Below, in pieces: positions 1-15,330 of a stretch of 64,000 bases of DNA. The notes below the pieces were generated by a model that was not told the DNA's origin, did not search any database, and was given only the letters and a program-made list of their open reading frames with translations. The stretch is from the human T2T-CHM13v2.0 reference genome, Homo sapiens, in contig CP068257.2 of the NCBI GenBank assembly GCA_009914755.4, positions 44,864,001-44,928,000 on the forward strand. Direction: 5' to 3'. Position 1 is the first letter of the stretch. The number at the start of each line of letters is the position of its first letter. The position numbers and the translations under genes were made by a program.

Positions 1-35
1 TGTTGGGATACAGGCGTGAGCCACCACGCCCGGCC
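1..35 (-). mobile_element. Alu (5' head fragment at window start)
   Basis: gggatacaggcgtgagccaccacgcccggcc = reverse complement of Alu 5' head. Confidence 0.85.
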
Positions 36-39
36 ATCT

Positions 40-1035
<996 letters not shown>

Positions 1036-1684
1036 TGTGCCTAATTACTTCTGATCAAATGCCAGACATTGTCTATATAGTGATCATTTGTGACTACAAA
1101 GGGCTTACTTTTGCATCTGGTAGGTAGATAGGTTGGGAATAGATGCAGTCCAAGATCACTTTAATCTATATAGAGAGAAAGTGATTTGAAACTGGCTCCA
1201 GTCCTTATGAGTGCTGCTCTATTTTTAGTTCATACCCAAGGTGTGGTCCTTCTGAGTCCCAACAAACAACCTGGGATGCTTTCCAGGGCACCTCGTCCGT
1301 GATGAGCTCCTGCCTCTCTGAGTCTGTCCAAGTTCCACTCAGTTCAGCTACTTGGTGATTACTTTTTGACTTCACTTGGCCCTCAGTTCTTCACTTCTGT
1401 AATGTCTTCAGATTTAAAGAAAAACTTTAATGTGATCTTTTTAGTTGTTCCCATTGGAAGAGTTGGTCTGAGTGCTATAATTTTGTCAGTGCCATAAATG
1501 GAGTTCCTATGTGTGTGTATGTATTCAGTTTAATGAACATATTTTTCATATTTTATTAAAAACTGAGATAAAATATTTACTACACATTTAAAAAGCCCGC
1601 TTTTAATTACAAATGAATGAGACAGTGGACATTCAAACACTGCTGTGGAAGCATATCTATACTCTTCAGCGTTAAGCATAATAA

Positions 1685-1984
<300 letters not shown>

Positions 1985-3127
1985 TGCATAAATAATTTAA
2001 ATTGCAGTCAGATAGGCTCTACTTTTGTGTATTAGATCTGTATATTTAAGACCCCTGTGTTTGGAAACTTTAAGGCTTGGAAAGTGAAATCTCTACGTGC
2101 TTATATTAAGAACGACTGTTACCAGTGAATGGTGCCACCGTGCAAAATATTACTCTTCACAGATTTTCCTCACCTTTTGTTCTGTGTCACGAGCTTGGAG
2201 ACTGCCTGTATTTTTTTTTTTTTTTTGTGGCATCTGTTTTCAAGTTTTATTATGGTCAGGTATTGTATTAGTCTGTTCTCATGCTGCTAACAAACACATA
2301 ACCGAGACTTGGTAATTTATAAAGGAAAGAGGTTTAATGGACACACAGTTCCACATGGCTGGGGAGGCCTCACAATCATGGCAGAAGATGAAGAAAGCAA
2401 AGGGACGTCCTACGTGGTGGCAGGCAAGAGGGTGTGTGCAGGGGAACTGTCCTTTTATAAAACCATCAGATCTTGTGAGACTTACTATCCGGAGAACAGC
2501 ATGGGGAAAAACCTGCCGCCGTGATTCAGTTACCTCCCACTGGGTCCCTCCCATGACACGTGGGGATTATTACAATTCAAAGTGAGATTTGAGTGGGGAG
2601 GACACAGAGCCAGACCATATCAGGTGTGGATCATCCCTCATTTTATTGTTTCCTCCTGCTCTGTGTCGGCACCTCCAGTAGGACCTGTCTAGTCGTGGCA
2701 GCTGTGGGCTTTCCCAGCTGCCATGGCACAGAGACCTTGCCTTGGGATCCTGGGTAAGCTTGTGTGGCCCAAGTTGGGACCTAGTGGACTCTTTGGACCC
2801 GTTCTTTGGCAGCAAGGGAAAGGCCAATACCTTTCCAAAGGAATAAACACTGGCAGCTGTGTCCAGCTCACTTGGGTCCAAGGTCTCTGGTGTGTATCTG
2901 ATTTCTGGCTGGTGCCCACCTTGGAGGCGGTAAAAGTGACCTGACCAAAGGCAGACTGTACTGTACTGGATTGGAACCTGCCGGGCCCTTGGGGCTCCCA
3001 GCCATTGTGTCATGCCCTGTTGGGGTGCTTCTTCCTTAGCCACACTTGGTCCATTGTGGAGTCACCCAGCTGCTAACTGCCTGAAGTACTTCTTTGTCAG
3101 ACACTCCTTTCAGACTCCGGAAAGCTG

Positions 3128-3215
3128 ATTTGCTTGAGCCCAGAAGTTGGAGGCTGCAGTAAGCTATGCCACTGCACTCCAGCCTAGGTGGCAGAGCGAG
3201 ACCCTGACTCTAAAA
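3128..3215 (+). mobile_element. Alu 3' fragment (right arm end)
   Basis: gcttgagcccagaagttggaggctgcagtaagctatgccactgcactccagcctaggtggcagagcgagaccctg followed by A-rich tail. Confidence 0.8.
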
Positions 3216-3239
3216 CATAATAAAAGACCAAAAAAGAAA

Positions 3240-3860
3240 AAGAACAGCACCATCATCCCCAAACACTCCTCATATTATCCCTTTGCAGTCTCCCGGTCCC
3301 CCAGCTGATCTATTCCCTATCCTTATGGGTTTATCTTTTCCGAAATGTCATATAAATGGAATCATATAGCATGTATTTCGAGAATGGCTTTCTTCTTTCA
3401 GCGTAATGTATTTTGAAATTTATTCACACTTTTGCAAGTATCAATAGTCTGTTCCTCTTTATTGCTGAGTAGTTTTCCATAGTATGGTTACGTCACAGTC
3501 TCTTCATTCACTTGACATCTGGGTTGTTTCTAGTTTTTTGGTGATTAAGAATAAAGTGGCTATAAACAATTGTGTACAGGTTTTTATGTGAACACAAGTT
3601 TTTACTTCTCTAGGGTAGATAATCAAGTGGAATTGCTGGGTCGTCTGGTGAGTGTTTGCTTTACTGTATAAAGAACTTCCACACTGTTTTCCAGAGTGGC
3701 TATACCATTTTGCATGCCCATCAGCAATATATGAGTTTCTATTGCTTCACAGTCTTTGTCAGCACTTGACATTGTCAGTATTTTTAAAGCTTTAGCTGTT
3801 TGAATAGGCATATAGTGGTATCTCATTATGGTTTTGTGTTTCCTAACAGAAGGAAAATGA
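3240..3860 (+). mobile_element. old L1 (L1M/L1P-like) 3'-end fragment
   Basis: L1 3' ORF2/3'UTR-like strings (..tcataaatggaatcatatagcatgtatttc.., ..tagtggtatctcattatggttttg..). Confidence 0.55.
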
Positions 3861-3917
3861 TAACAGTGGAAATCAGTGAAACTGAAAGCAGAAAAAACAA
3901 TAGGAAAAAATCAGTGG

Positions 3918-4223
3918 GGCCAGGTGCAGTGGCTCACACCTGTAATCCCAGCACTTTGGGAGGCTGAGACGGGTGGATCACTTGAGGTCAGGAGTTCTAG
4001 ACCAGCCTGGCTAACATGGTGAAACCCCATCTCTACTAAAAATACAAAAATTAGCCAGGCGTGGTGGTGCATGCCTGTAATCCCAGCTATTCCAGAGGCT
4101 GAGGCAGGAGAATCACTTGAACCCAGGAGGCAGAGGTTGCAGTGAGCCAGTTGTGCCACTGCATTCCATCCTGGGTGACAGAGCAAAACTCCGTCTCAAA
4201 AAAACAAAAACAAAAACAAAAAA
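3918..4223 (+). mobile_element. Alu (full length, A-rich tail aaaaacaaaaacaaaaac)
   Basis: ggccaggtgcagtggctcacacctgtaatcccagcactttgggaggctgag...ctccgtctcaaaaaaac. Confidence 0.95.
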
Positions 4224-4231
4224 CAGTAGAA

Positions 4232-4440
4232 CCAATACCTGGTTCTTTGAAAAGATAATAAATTTGATAAACCTCTAACAAGACCGACAGTGAGAAAATA
4301 CCAAAGACACAAATTACCAGTCAGGAATGAAAGAGGCCAATCTCTATAGACTGCACAGACATTAAAGCATGATAAGGGAGTACTATGAACAACTGTATCC
4401 ATATCTGGTCATATGCCCAGTAGATGTTTCGGGCAACGAT
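4232..4440 (+). mobile_element. old L1 ORF2 5'-region fragment
   Basis: ctggttctttgaaaagataataaatttgataaacctctaacaagac... resembles L1 ORF2 N-terminal coding region. Confidence 0.45.
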
Positions 4441-6422
4441 GGACCACATATACAACAGTGGCTCCATGAGATCATGATAAAGCTAAAAATTCTTACCACC
4501 TAGTGACCTTGTAGCCATTGTAACACAACACATTACTCACGTGTTTGTGGTGATGCTGGTGTAAACAAACCTGCTGTGCTGCCAGTCTTAAAAATCTAAT
4601 CCATATAATTAGGTACTGTACATAATACTTGGTAATGATAAATGAATGTTACTGGTTTATGTATTTACTGTACAATTTATTGTTATTTTAGAGTATATTC
4701 CTATTATATTTTAAAAATGTTAACTGTCAAACAGCCTCAGGCAGACCCTTCGTGAGCTATTTGAGAAGGCTTTGTCATTATAGGAAGTGTCAGCTTCCAT
4801 GCATGTTATTACCCTTGTGCACTACTCATCTTTGTTCCTGTGACCTGTAGGGGTAGTTGAGTGCTTTTGAGAATGGGTTTTTAGAAATTGTGTTGCCGAG
4901 TGAAGGACTTGGTGATATTACTAGGGATTTGGCATCTGTGATCCTAAGTGAGATTCTTCTGCAGCAGTGGAGTTCAGCCAGAGCCATATTCCGTACCTCT
5001 GTGATGCAGATTAATTGCCTCTCCTACACACATGCACATTTGAAAATTACTGCCTTGTAAACCTTAAAAAGTTGTGCACAAGTTGAAATTTAATAAGTGA
5101 AATTGTACAGTTATATCCTGAACCTGATGAGGATTGTCACTGCAGCACTGAGCATGTTGGTGTGGGTGGTGGCTGGCTGTGGACCTGGGAGTGTGCAGTG
5201 ATGGAGTGAGGGGGTGAACAAGGATGACGTACTTCCAAGGGGTACCCGGGTCAGTGCAGTGAATCAGGTGTGCTCATTGCATTGAGGAAGGGTTGGTTTT
5301 AAAAATGGAAGGCTTAGGGAAGAAAATAGTGATTTATAATATGATGCCATTCGGGTCAATTAAAAGTACACAGACACAAAGCAACATGCATTCTGCAGAA
5401 TATATTCTAAAAGACACTATAAAAAAGTTTCTAAAAGACACTATAGAAAGAAGCTATAAGAAAATATGTCTAAAAGACACTAAATGCAAAAAAAAAAAAG
5501 TCTGAAGAGATGGAACACAGTGGGGACACAGGGAATAAATAAATGGAAGGACAGGCAGATAAGCATGAGAGGCTTGGGAGGAGCCAAGTGAGCTCTTAAA
5601 GCAGAGGCTCTGTGCAGAGGGCAGGGCTTGGGCGCAGTGCAGGGTGGAGTAGGTGGGGAGGTTGTGGTAGGCTGGTGTGGACCAGAGCAGCTGCTTGGCC
5701 CACAGGCCGTGGCTCAGGCTCTTCTTCTGTAGGATGGCATATTAATGCCTACCCAGAGGCTTCCACTGAGGCTTAACTTAGATGTCAGATATTCAACGGT
5801 GTCAGTCTGTTCACACAACAAATCCTACAATAAAAAATACATCTAAAGGAAATACTCAATTATGTACTCAATAAATGACATCAGCCTGTGTCTTCTGATT
5901 CACAGCAGCCTTACTGCTTTGCTTGCTTGTTTTGAGAGAAGGGAGATCTTACAAAACACTAAAAACTCTACCATGTTCACCCAGAGGACAAGCTAATCAT
6001 GAGAATTGTAATATGTATTTCTGGTCTAAATAAAGTCTTCACATCACACATCCCCTGTTAGAACTTCCAGGTATGTGTAGGAAACCAAATAGTGTGCTTA
6101 CATTAAGAAGTGTTGTCATGATGGTGCATTTCCTACCTCATTCCTAGGTGGTTTAATTTGTTTTCAGGCTGTTTTTCCTTATGATAATTTACTGGAACAG
6201 CCGTCCTTTTTCCTCCTTTCCCAAGGACACCCCTTGGCCTGGGACGGCTTGTGTCCCATGGGTCCCTTATTGCAATACTTGTGAAACTTGAACCTGCACA
6301 GGAGTTACTGGAGGATCTTGATAAAGTGCGGATTTGGATTCTGTCAGTTTGGGATATGGCCTTAGAGTTTGCATTTTTGGCAAGCTCCCAGGGGATGGTG
6401 ATCACAATTTTTAAAATTTGAA

Positions 6423-6850
6423 GTGTTATTTACACACAGTAAAATTCACCCTTACTCTTCTACAGTGGTACAGATTTTTGACAAACGCATATGCTCATGT
6501 AACCACCACTACACTCCCAACGTAGAACAGTTTCACCACCCTCAAAATTCTCTTGTCTTTTCCTCACTCCCAGCCCCTGGCAACCACTATCTGTATCTGA
6601 CGCTATGGTTGTATCTTTTCCAGAATGTCATAAAAGTTGAGTATTCAGTAGCCTTTTGAGTCTGGCTTCTTTCACTCAGCAGCATGCATGTGAGATCTAT
6701 CCAAATTGCTGTGTGTATCAGTAGTTTGTTCCTTTTTTATTGCTGAGTGGTATTCCATTTTATGGGTCCATTATAGTTTATTTGTCCAGACACTTCATGG
6801 AAGGACATCAGTGTTTCCAGTTTTTCAATCATAAATTGATGTTTAATTTT
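6423..6850 (+). mobile_element. old L1 (L1M-like) 3'-end fragment
   Basis: cacacagtaaaattcaccc...cagcccctggcaaccactatctgtatct...ccagaatgtcataaaagttgagtattcag...attgctgagtggtattccatt, characteristic L1M 3' region. Confidence 0.55.
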
Positions 6851-6903
6851 AAAATTTTGGAATTGTAGAAGAAATGCAATTCTTTTTTCCATTGTTGTTT
6901 TAG

Positions 6904-6975
6904 GTGACATCACTCAAAAAGGATATGAAAAGAAAAGGGCAAAGCTGCTTGCACGTTATATACCGCTTATTCAAG
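6904..6975 (+). CDS. DIP2A: DIP2A coding exon (probable exon 2; DMAP1-binding region) encoding GDITQKGYEKKRAKLLARYIPLIQ
   Basis: ttgttgttttAG acceptor at 6902-6903, GTAAGG donor at 6976; enters and leaves in phase 1; DIP2-family N-terminal motif DITQKGYEKKR; in frame with all downstream exons. Confidence 0.85.
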
Positions 6976-7105
6976 GTAAGGTCAATACACTCAGGTGTTA
7001 CATAGCAATTATATTGTTTCATAACATGTGATTTTTAAATTGTTTTTAGAGTTTAACATTTGTTAGCAATGTTAAACCAACTTTAAACACTGGTATATGT
7101 TGATT

Positions 7106-7150
7106 ATTGATTGAGACAGGGTCTCGCTGTGTTGCCCAGGCTGGTCTTGA
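7106..7150 (-). mobile_element. short Alu-derived fragment
   Basis: gagacagggtctcgctgtgttgcccaggctggtcttgaa. Confidence 0.6.
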
Positions 7151-7383
7151 AAAATATGCCTCTAATATTAAATAATAAAATCCAAAGGCATAGATTATAA
7201 TTTAAAGCTCTGGCTTGATACAGATCTCAGATCTCATTCCCAAAGAGGATTTATTTTATTTTTATGATTATGAACAACCTGGCACAATTCTTACTAGGGC
7301 TAGAGCATCTATTGTAAAGATGTCGGTTCTTCCCACATTAGATTGATTTGTAGATTCAGTGCATTCATCATTTCAATAGGTTT

Positions 7384-7407
7384 TGTGTGTGTGTGTGTGT
7401 GTGTAAC
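7384..7407. repeat. (TG)n microsatellite
   Basis: tgtgtgtgtgtgtgtgtgtgtgt. Confidence 0.95.
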
Positions 7408-7940
7408 TTAACGAGTTAGTTCTAAAATGTATATCCAAGTATAAAAGGTCAAGAGACCCAAAATATTTTCAAAAAAGAATGAGGTGAGAGGATTGGCCCA
7501 ACCAGGATATGAAGAGTTATTATTAAAGCCGTTGTCACTAAGACAGACTGGACAGCTCAGACAAATGCATATGTGTGCGGACTTTGCACATGGGAATGGT
7601 GGTGTGGCAGGCATGGTGCTGGCATAGTTCTTTATCCATATATGAAACACATGACATTGGAGACAAAAATCGGTTCCAGATGTATTAGGCCTAAATGTGA
7701 AAGGTCTTTAAAGCCTTTAGAAAATCTTACAGGAAGATTGTTGCCATCTCAAGATAGGAAGGATTTTTTGATGTCACTAAAGGTACCAAAAAGCAGGAAC
7801 CATAAAGGAAAGGATTGATTAATTGGACCACATTAAAATTAAGAACTTCTTTTTTTCAAACGTCATCATAAAGAGATTGCAAAGACAAACTACAGAGTGT
7901 GAGAAGATAGTTGTAACACAAATAAGAAGTAGTATCCAGA

Positions 7941-8243
<303 letters not shown>

Positions 8244-8364
8244 AACTAGTATCCAGAATGTACCGAGCAGTGCTGTCCAGTAGAACTTCTTGCAGTAACG
8301 GACATGTTCTCTGACTGCATTGTCCAGTATATGAAACACCAGCCATGTATGATGATTGCACATA

Positions 8365-8634
<270 letters not shown>

Positions 8635-11204
8635 CCTTAATTTAATTAGTTTAAACTTAATAGCCAGAAAGTCTCCCAACATGATAAGAAAAGTCTAGTA
8701 GAGAAATGGATGAAGATTCAAATAGGTTATTTCATAAGAGGAAATCCAAATAGCCAATGAGCAAATGTAAAGATGTTTAACCTCACTAGTAATCAGAGCA
8801 ATGCACATTGTAACCACAGCCATCTGTCCTGTTGGAGAGGATTCAATCAGTAGGATGCAGGCAGCTAGTATTACATAGTAAAGTTGAAGAGGTGCAGCAG
8901 TTCTTCAGGTACATATTTGCCCTAGAGAAACTCCTATTTGTTTGCACCTTATTCTCTTGTACAAAAATGTTCATTATATCTGTAAACTGCCAAGAACTCA
9001 AATACCCATCAACAGAATTCATACAGCGGAAAGCTAAAGACCTACATGCATCAGCAAGAATGAATCTTGTAAACATCGTGAGGATGAAGGAAGCAATTAC
9101 AAAGGCATATAGCCAATACAAGCTTAAAAAAAGACGCCAAACCGATCTGTTAATATTTAGAGAGCTGGTGTAGTGAGTCCAGAAAGAGAAGGAAATGGTT
9201 TTCACAGAAGCCAGCACACCATTTCCTCATGGAAGTTAAATTGGAGAGGGCCACAGGGACCCCTAAGGCACTGAGTGTTTTATTTCATAACCTATGTGGT
9301 GGTTACATTGATTGTTTCTTAATAATATTCTTAAACTGCATACATGCTTTGTATTGCCTATATTGGTATGATATATTTTATAACAGATCAACAACAACAA
9401 GAAGATTGACGAGGCTCTTTATATGCTGATATTTATTCACCCAAAATAAAAACAAACTCAGAGTAAAATTGGGATTGAAGGAAACTATTAAAATATCTCT
9501 AAAGCCCATTTGTCCAAAATCACCAGCAATCATCAAACTAAACAACCAGATACTGTAGCCATTTCCATTCCAAATGGGTAAACAGAAATGCTGGCCATGC
9601 CCGTTCTTATTACACATTATTTGGGTGGTCACAGCTGATGCAGTGCGATGGAAAACAAAGCAGAATAAATAAATATTAGAGAACAAAAGATAATCATCTT
9701 TAAATATAGGTGATATTATTTTATACCTCAAAAACTCATGTGACTGCTCATGTAACTATTAGTAAGTGATTTTGGTTTGATATGAAGATAGAAGGCAAAT
9801 ATGCGGCTTTTCTCTAGCAATATTTCTGTTTTCAAATATGAAAAAATCTTATTCATAATGAAAACAAACTGTCAAATGCTTATTAATGCATTTGGTAAGA
9901 AAGACAGAACCTAGGTTAGGATCGTAAAATCTATTTGAAAGAAATAACCAAGACCCTAATATATGAAGAAACATACCAGTTTCCTAACTGGAAAAACTTA
10001 ATACATCCTATAAAACTGGCAGATCTCAAGTTAGTGTGTGAACATAATGTAGTCCAGTCTGAATACCAGGCCTGAGGTTTTCCTAAACCTAGGATTGGAA
10101 GTGACCCATTAGAAGAGGCAAAGTTCTGAGAGTAGCCCATCAATTTTTGAAAAAGAACACTGGTGATAAAGGACTGGCATTTGAGTTACTAAACCTGATT
10201 GTATATGCTTTATAGTCACAACAGGAGGATGCCAGTGTACAGAGTACACGACCCAGTCAGTGGAAGAAAAGAAGTCCAGAAGTGATTTGAGAGGATATGA
10301 AGGAGGAAGGGTTAATTTAATAGCTGGTACTATCCTTCTGCAGGCAAGAACCCTCTTCCTCCTCCCCACCATTAGTGAACATAAACTTCAGAATAATTAA
10401 AGTTCTAAATATGTTTTTAATTATAAAAACATACAATTCAGGAGACTATTTGAACACCCCTTTGAGTAGGAATTGTCTTCATAGGCAAGATAGGAGACCT
10501 GGGAGCTAGAACAGAAAAGATGGACAGGTGCGATAGGCTCCCTAGAAATGAGAACATTTCAGAATGACTGAGCTGCTACTCGCCAGGCCACAGCTCTGTA
10601 TGTGTACACAGTTCAGGGTGTCCACAGCAGACAAGGAGTGAGGCTTCCTGGTCTTTTAGTGAGGGTCTTTAGTTGGGTAAAGTAGCAGAAATCCAAAGGA
10701 GAGGAAATGTGGATGGGCAATAAATATTAAATTATGTTCAACCTCAGTGGTAGATATGGAAATGCAAATTAAAGGGCACCATTTTTCTCTTATCACATTG
10801 GCAAAATTCTAGAACTTTTTATAACATCTAGTGCTGACAGAGAGTGGAGAAATGGCACTTTTCATACATTGCTTGTAGGAGTGTGAATTACTGTAACCTT
10901 TTTGGAAAGTTATCTCTTCATATCTGTTAAGTTAAAAATATATCTACTCCTTCATCCAATAATTTCACATTGGGTTTTGTATCTATCTTTGTTGAATAAA
11001 TGAATCTATCTCAAAGAATAAAAGGATGCATATTTTGGAATACAAGTGTAAGGAAGTCCGTCTGTGTATATGTCACTTTACAGCATGCTTGTTTATCATC
11101 CATAAGGTGTAAGACTCTGTATTGTCCGTTGTGAACTTTAAAGTTGTTTTATCCAGTCACAAAAAGCCAAAAGCCAGTAGGGATTCTGCTCATTATGTAT
11201 TTTG

Positions 11205-11310
11205 TACATATATATACACACATCCAGACACACACAAACACACATGTGTGTGTGGGTGTGTGTGTGGATGTGTGTGTGGATGTATATGTACATATGTATG
11301 CTCACATTTT
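11205..11310. repeat. imperfect (CA)n/(TG)n-rich simple repeat
   Basis: acacacatccagacacacacaaacacacatgtgtgtgtgggtgtgtgtgtggatgtgtgtgtggatgtatatg. Confidence 0.85.
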
Positions 11311-12743
11311 GAAGGGCTAATACTGATTTCTGTAGAGAGTGTTCCCATTCTCCAGTGCTGTATAACTGACCACCCCAAAATGTACACAGTACTTGAACAA
11401 CATCAGCAGCATCTGTTCTGCTCATAAATGTGCAGTGTAGGCCCAGCTCAAATGTTACCTTGTCCCTGTCCACAGAGCCAGAGCTGGGTGCTCAAGTCCT
11501 GGGCCAACATCCTGTGAGGGCTCCTCAGTCACAGCTGTGGCTGTTGGGGTGGGGAGACTCCTGCTGCCGAGCACCTGGCTCCCCACCCCTGCCTGTGTCT
11601 CCCTCTGTCCTCATGTGGCCCCTCCACTGGGGGGCTTAACACTCTAGACTTGGTGTGTGGTGTTGCACAGAGCCAGGTAGAGCCGTGTCGCCTTTCACGA
11701 CTAGCCTTGGAAGTCACACAGCATCACTTCTGCCACACTGCGCTTGTTGGGGCAGTCACTGACCTGCCCAGGTTTGAGGCAGCGTGGACTCTGCCTCTTC
11801 AGGGAGTGGTAAGGGCTGGAGGAGCCAGCGGGACTGCAATTCCTGCTGGCCAATTTTATGAAACATTTTGAAACAAAGGCTAAAGCTAAATGCATATTTT
11901 TGTTGAAGCACAGCTGCAGGTTTTGCTTTGTGCTGTCTGCAAATGTCAGCAAATTGGGTTCAAATGATACAGGGATTTTGTTCAGTGACTTGAACAACTG
12001 TTCCCCATTCCTTCGCTCACCGTAATGTGTCTTGAGGGCATCTGTGACCAGGGGACCACTGCCCAGAGAGTGGAGGTCCTGGTGAGGGAGTGTGGAGAGC
12101 AGCAGCGTGACCTTGATCTGCCCTGATTTGGAGGCGGAGCAAGTGGGTGGTGCGGCGAGGGCAGCTGGCCCGGCCTGAGCAGGTCCCAGCCTCTCAGCAC
12201 TTTGGGCCCTGACGCCATCTTTCTAATGCCCCTCTCGCTCTTGTTTTCTCTGACTTTTCACTTTTTTCCTGTTTGTATCAGAGGGCTACTGGTGGACCCC
12301 AGTGGTGGTCTGGTGAGCTGTTTCTCACTCAGGGTTTACCGACACTGTAGAACAATGCTGGGGACGAACAGCACGGACCATTTCAGACTTGGAAACGTAA
12401 TTCAGAAGTGGGCTTTGGGAGGGCTTTCTACCACGGCTCCCACCCCTGATGTGAGCTGCCATGTACTGTGCTGCCAAGGGTACAGGGCCAGCTGTTTGAT
12501 CATCACCCTTCATGCGGATGGTGAATGAGAGGCAGGGCTGGGTGATGTGGGGAGAGGAGAGCACGGAAGTGGATGTTGCCCTTAACCCACAGCATTTATG
12601 CGTCTATCACTGACTTCCAGATTAAAGGCTCTTTGATAGAGGGTATGCAACAGATGAGAAATGTAAGCTGTTTTCAATGGACTTTTTCATAATTGGAAAA
12701 GCAAATTGTTCACATAAGGTATTCCCATAAAATTGTGTTTCAG

Positions 12744-12863
12744 GAATAGACCCATCTCTGCAAGCAGAGAATAGAATTCCTGGGCCCTCACAAACCACGG
12801 CCGCTGCACCCAAGCAGCAGAAGTCTCGGCCCACCGCCTCGAGGGATGAGCGCTTCCGGTCAG
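12744..12863 (+). CDS. DIP2A: DIP2A coding exon (probable exon 3) encoding IDPSLQAENRIPGPSQTTAAAPKQQKSRPTASRDERFRS
   Basis: gtgtttcAG acceptor 12742-12743, GTAGGG donor 12864; 120 nt, phase 1-1; continues ORF from previous exon (..IQ-G-IDPS..). Confidence 0.85.
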
Positions 12864-13984
12864 GTAGGGTCACAGCCTAGGCAGTGGGGGAGGTGGACGG
12901 GCCTGGAGCCCTTGGACTCTTGCCATGAAGTCTTCCAGTTATTTTTCCTTTGCCACAATATCTGCCAAAGAAATTATTTTCACATAAGCAGTAATGTACA
13001 TCATCATATTTTTTTCAAGAAAAACATTTAACCTTCACGTAACCACAGTCTGTTTTAATGTATGGTGTAGCTTTAGTGGCACTTTCTTAGGGGATGCCTA
13101 CAAAACTCTCTAGAGAAGTCTTCTTCTCACTCTTACTAGAATAATTTCTTTAAAACTTTTGTACACTTTTTACTTTGAAGTTGATACTAATAATTTTTGT
13201 GCTTTATGGAGCAGCTTTACTGCTAGGTGCAGGTGTTTTAGTATTTCTTTTTCTAATTTTGGAGATTTCCTTCCAATTAGATTTCTGCCACTCTGTTTGG
13301 CAGTGCTTTTATGAATATTTAAATTTGTCTCTGATGTTTTACTTGAATCAATAGAATGGCCATTGAAAAAAATTCACATTTTCTATTATAGTTTATATAT
13401 TAATAACTTGAGCACGTTATTCTATTTAATATTTTCACCACTGTGTGGTTGTATATTTTCTTCACATTTAAGCTCTTTTGACAGGCCTTTTTCAGAAAAA
13501 ATTTTAATAGGGATAATGGTTGTTTTAAGAATACTGAAAACAAAGATTAAGATTTTAAATGTTTTTTCAACAGGGAGTGTAAAGAAATAGTCTAAGAAAT
13601 ATTCGAACAGATAATGTCTTACCAATTTGATACACATTTATAAAAAACTTTATCATGTGGCAAACAGCTTCTTCTCTGATTGTATAAATAATATATGCTT
13701 AGTGTTAAATATATAAAAAATATTATACCAAATTTAAGGACAAAGTTAAAAATCACCTGATACCTCTGAATCCTGAGATGGCCGCCCTCAGCATTTCACT
13801 GAGCACTGTTGTCCTCATGCCTGGATGCAGATGCACGCACACATGTGTACTTTCCATGAGAGTGGTCCTAGAAAAGGTCTCCTCCTTTCTGCCGCTCCTT
13901 ATTTTCTACATGTCCCAGCTCTTCTCCCCAACCCTGTTCCCTGCTCATGGAAGTGATGTTAATAAACTGGTTTCTGCCCTTGTG

Positions 13985-15330
13985 AAGTTTATACTAGGTG
14001 TATTCTTTATCTTTTGAATACAGGTCTTTTATCATAAATATGATTTGCCAATATTTTCTCTCAGGCTGTGATTTGTCTTTGTGTTTCTTTAAAGTATCTT
14101 TTGAAGAGCAGAAGTTTTTAATCTTGATGAAGTCTAAGTTATCATTTTTTTAAATTGATAGTGCTTTTGTTCTTGTGTTTAAGATATCTTTGCCTAACCC
14201 AAGATTACAAAGATTCTCTCTTGTGTTTTCTTGTACAAGTTTTGTAGTTTTAGGTTTTTTAGTGCCATTTTAGTGCCCTTAAGTTTGTGATCTTTTTTTT
14301 TAGTTAATTTTAGTGTAAGTACAAGGTATGAATCAAAAGTTTACTTTTTTGCATGGAGGTAGTCAGCTGTTCCTGGGCCATTCCTTAAGCCTATGCTTTC
14401 TCCAGAGAATTCCCTTTGCACTTTTTTCTAAAAGCAGTTGCACATAAATGCGTGCATCTATTTCTGGACTCTCTGTTCTGTTCTATTGATCTATTCGTCT
14501 GTCTTTATGGCAAAACAGTGTTCTCTTGATGATCATACCTTAATAATAAGTGTTAAAATCAGTAGTGTTAGTCCTTCAACTTTGTTTCTTATCTGTGTTC
14601 TGTTGTATCTAATGTGTCTTTTTTCCTTCTTGCACCTTTAAGATTTTTCTCTTTATCACTGTTCTGTGGGCTCGATTATATCCTCTCTGAAATTCCTATA
14701 TTGAAGCCCTAACCCCGGTGGGATGCTATTTGGAGTTTGGTCCTTTGGGAGGTAATTAGGTTTAGATGAGATCATGAGGGTGGGGCCCTCACGGTGGGAT
14801 CGGTGCCCTTATAAGAAGAGGCATTGGCCAGGCGTGGTTGTTCATGCCTGTAATCCCAGCACTTTGGGAGGCTGAAGCAGGCGGAGACCAGCCTGGCCAA
14901 CATGGCAAAACCCCATCTCTACTAAAAATACAAAAATTAGTCAGGTGTGATGACACATGCCCATAGTCCTAGGTATTCTGGAGACTGAGGCATGAGAATC
15001 GCTTGAACCGGTAGGTGGAGGTTGCAGTGAGCCAATATTGCCCCACTGCACTCCAGCCTGAGTGAGACTCTGTCTCAAAAAAAAAAAAGGAAGAAAAAAA
15101 AAAGAGGCACTAGAGCTTGCTGGCCCCCGCCCTGCCCCATCAACCTGTGAGTACAATGGTTAGAAGGCAGATGTCTGTAAGCCAGGAAGAGAGCCCTCAC
15201 CAGACACCAACCATGAGGCACCTTGATCTTGGACATACAGTCTCCAGTAAGAAAAATTTGTGTTGTTTAAGCCACTTAGTTTATGCTGTTTTGTTATGGC
15301 AACTGAGCAGACTAAGATGCTGGTGTTGAG
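13985..15330 (+). mobile_element. old L1 (L1M-like) 3' end incl. 3'UTR, interrupted by the Alu at 14827-15104
   Basis: L1 3' strings (..gaagagcagaagtttttaatcttgatgaagtctaagttatc.., ..gaggtaattaggtttagatgagatcatgagggtggggccctcacggtgggatcggtgcccttataagaagag | ..accttgatcttggacatacagtctccagtaagaaaaatttgtgttgtttaagccacttagtttatgctgttttgttatggcaact..). Confidence 0.6.
14827..15104 (+). mobile_element. Alu (internal deletion) inserted in L1 tail; TSD about aagaggca
   Basis: ggccaggcgtggttgttcatgcctgtaatcccagcactttgggaggctgaagcaggcgg-agaccagcctggcc...gtctcaaaaaaaaaaaagg. Confidence 0.9.

Noticed and set aside
12283-12313. Candidate 31-nt cryptic exon between exons 2 and 3
   Set aside because: Acceptor and donor look good, but such pairs are abundant by chance. 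No frame-preserving or coding evidence. Kept only as a low-interest note within the 11430-12560 finding.
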